Of a stretch of 64,000 nucleotides of DNA, positions 62,850 to 64,000 are shown piece after piece; the stretch's first letter is position 1; the number at the start of each line of letters is the position of its first letter. The translations under genes and the position numbers were made by a program. The notes beneath the pieces are model-generated. The model had not been told where the DNA came from, made no database searches, and was given only the letters and a program-made list of their open reading frames with translations. This DNA is from Mustelus asterias (Eukaryota): the NCBI RefSeq assembly GCF_964213995.1, contig NC_135818.1, positions 78,306,001 to 78,370,000 on the forward strand, in the 5' to 3' direction.

Positions 62850-63720
62850 TCAATGGTTGTAAAGTGCTTTGAAACGTCTGAAAGCTGCCGTCCTTTGCAC
62901 GTCTGGCCTACGTGTGACTCCAAACCCACAGCTATGTGACTGATTCTTAACTGTCCCCGGAAATGGCCCAGTAAGCAACCTACTGCTATCAAAACCACTA
63001 GGGAAAAATTCAGCAAAATGAAACCAAACAGACCACACAATATCGACAGAGGCACCAGAAACAACACAGTCAGCCGAGCAAAATCCTTCTCCCAAACATC
63101 TGGAACAACATGCTGTACCGTAGGTGAGTCAGACAACATCCTGACATGGTCACTCATACTTACCAAATCGCATCATACAACCTCTATCCCAGACTCCTTT
63201 ATCATCCTGGATATGTCCTGTCCCATTGTTTGGACAGGATCTCACAGAGGTGGTGTCAGAGTGCCATATAGTATGAGTGGGAGTCTGCAACATTGACCCT
63301 GAACCCATGAAATATCATGGCATCAGGTCAATAATGAGCAAGGAAATCTCCTGTTGATTACAACGTACCGCCTTCTCTCAGCTGATGAATCAGTACTCCT
63401 CCATACTGAGCAGCATTTTGAAGAAGCACTGAAGGTAGCCAGGGCACATTGTACTCTGGGTTTGGACTTCAGTGGCCATCACCAGACTGGCTCCACAGCA
63501 TCACTACTGACAGAGTCCTGCCATAGCTGTCAAAATGGGATTACAGCAGATGGTGAGAGAACCAACAAGAGGAAGAACCGGCTTGTCTTTATCATCAACA
63601 ATCTGCCCATTGCAGAGGCATCTGTCCATGAAAGTATTGGCCGGAGCAGCCACCTCTTCAAGGGGCAATTGGGGATGGACAATAAATGTTGGCTTTGCCA
63701 GCAATGCTCACATCTCAAGA
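62850..63720 (+). mobile_element. Old LINE fragment (AP-endonuclease region and 3' end)
   Basis: ITTYR...DESVL...LDFSGHH...QMVREPTRG resembles LINE endonuclease motifs; the same family occurs on the - strand near 14490-16130. Confidence 0.65.
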
Positions 63721-64000
63721 ATGATTTTTAAAAATGGACTCCCATACGATGGTGTGTGCCCTTGGTGATTGTAATAATCTAGGAGACAGTTGCTGACTGA
63801 AGAGTATTTTAAAGTAGCTATCACAGATGTATAACATACAAATCTCACTATTATATGGGAGATTTAAATCTGGGGTTAACTATAATATTATAGCTGCAAA
63901 ATTGTTTCAAGATGCAAACGGTGATGCTGCATAATCTTCATTTCCAATAAAGTGGCACAGAAATTAAAAGGTTTTAAAAAGAACAAACTTATTATCGTGA

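Overview
This is vertebrate genomic DNA, almost certainly a shark or other elasmobranch, judging by HE1-type SINEs, abundant CR1/HER1 LINEs and the shark ~66-bp minisatellite. Most ORFs in the six-frame track are spurious. Genes reconstructed by hand from splice sites: (1) a 3-exon + strand gene (10227-13207) for a secreted C1r/C1s/MASP-family protease homologue with only a signal peptide, a glycosylated linker and the protease domain, with the catalytic Ser replaced by Thr (GDTGG); its promoter and ATG exon lie between 145-bp inverted repeats; (2) two tandem, intact 4-exon NPC2 paralogues on the - strand (51443-44821, conserved; 42837-29583, divergent); (3) the first coding exon of a head-to-head gene, probably ISCA2 (52163-52227). 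The rest is mainly mobile DNA: a pol-less endogenous retrovirus (22016-28366), a probable solo LTR, a Gypsy remnant, CR1 and Rex/Babar LINE fragments, SINEs and Harbinger-like MITEs. The most unusual signals are short Penelope-like elements with minimal hammerhead ribozymes, two of which carry a strand-specific A-to-G hypermutation pattern that looks like genomically fixed ADAR editing, and a U2-snRNA-headed retroposon with a 15-bp target-site duplication (TSD). Coordinates and counts were read by eye; no database searches were run.
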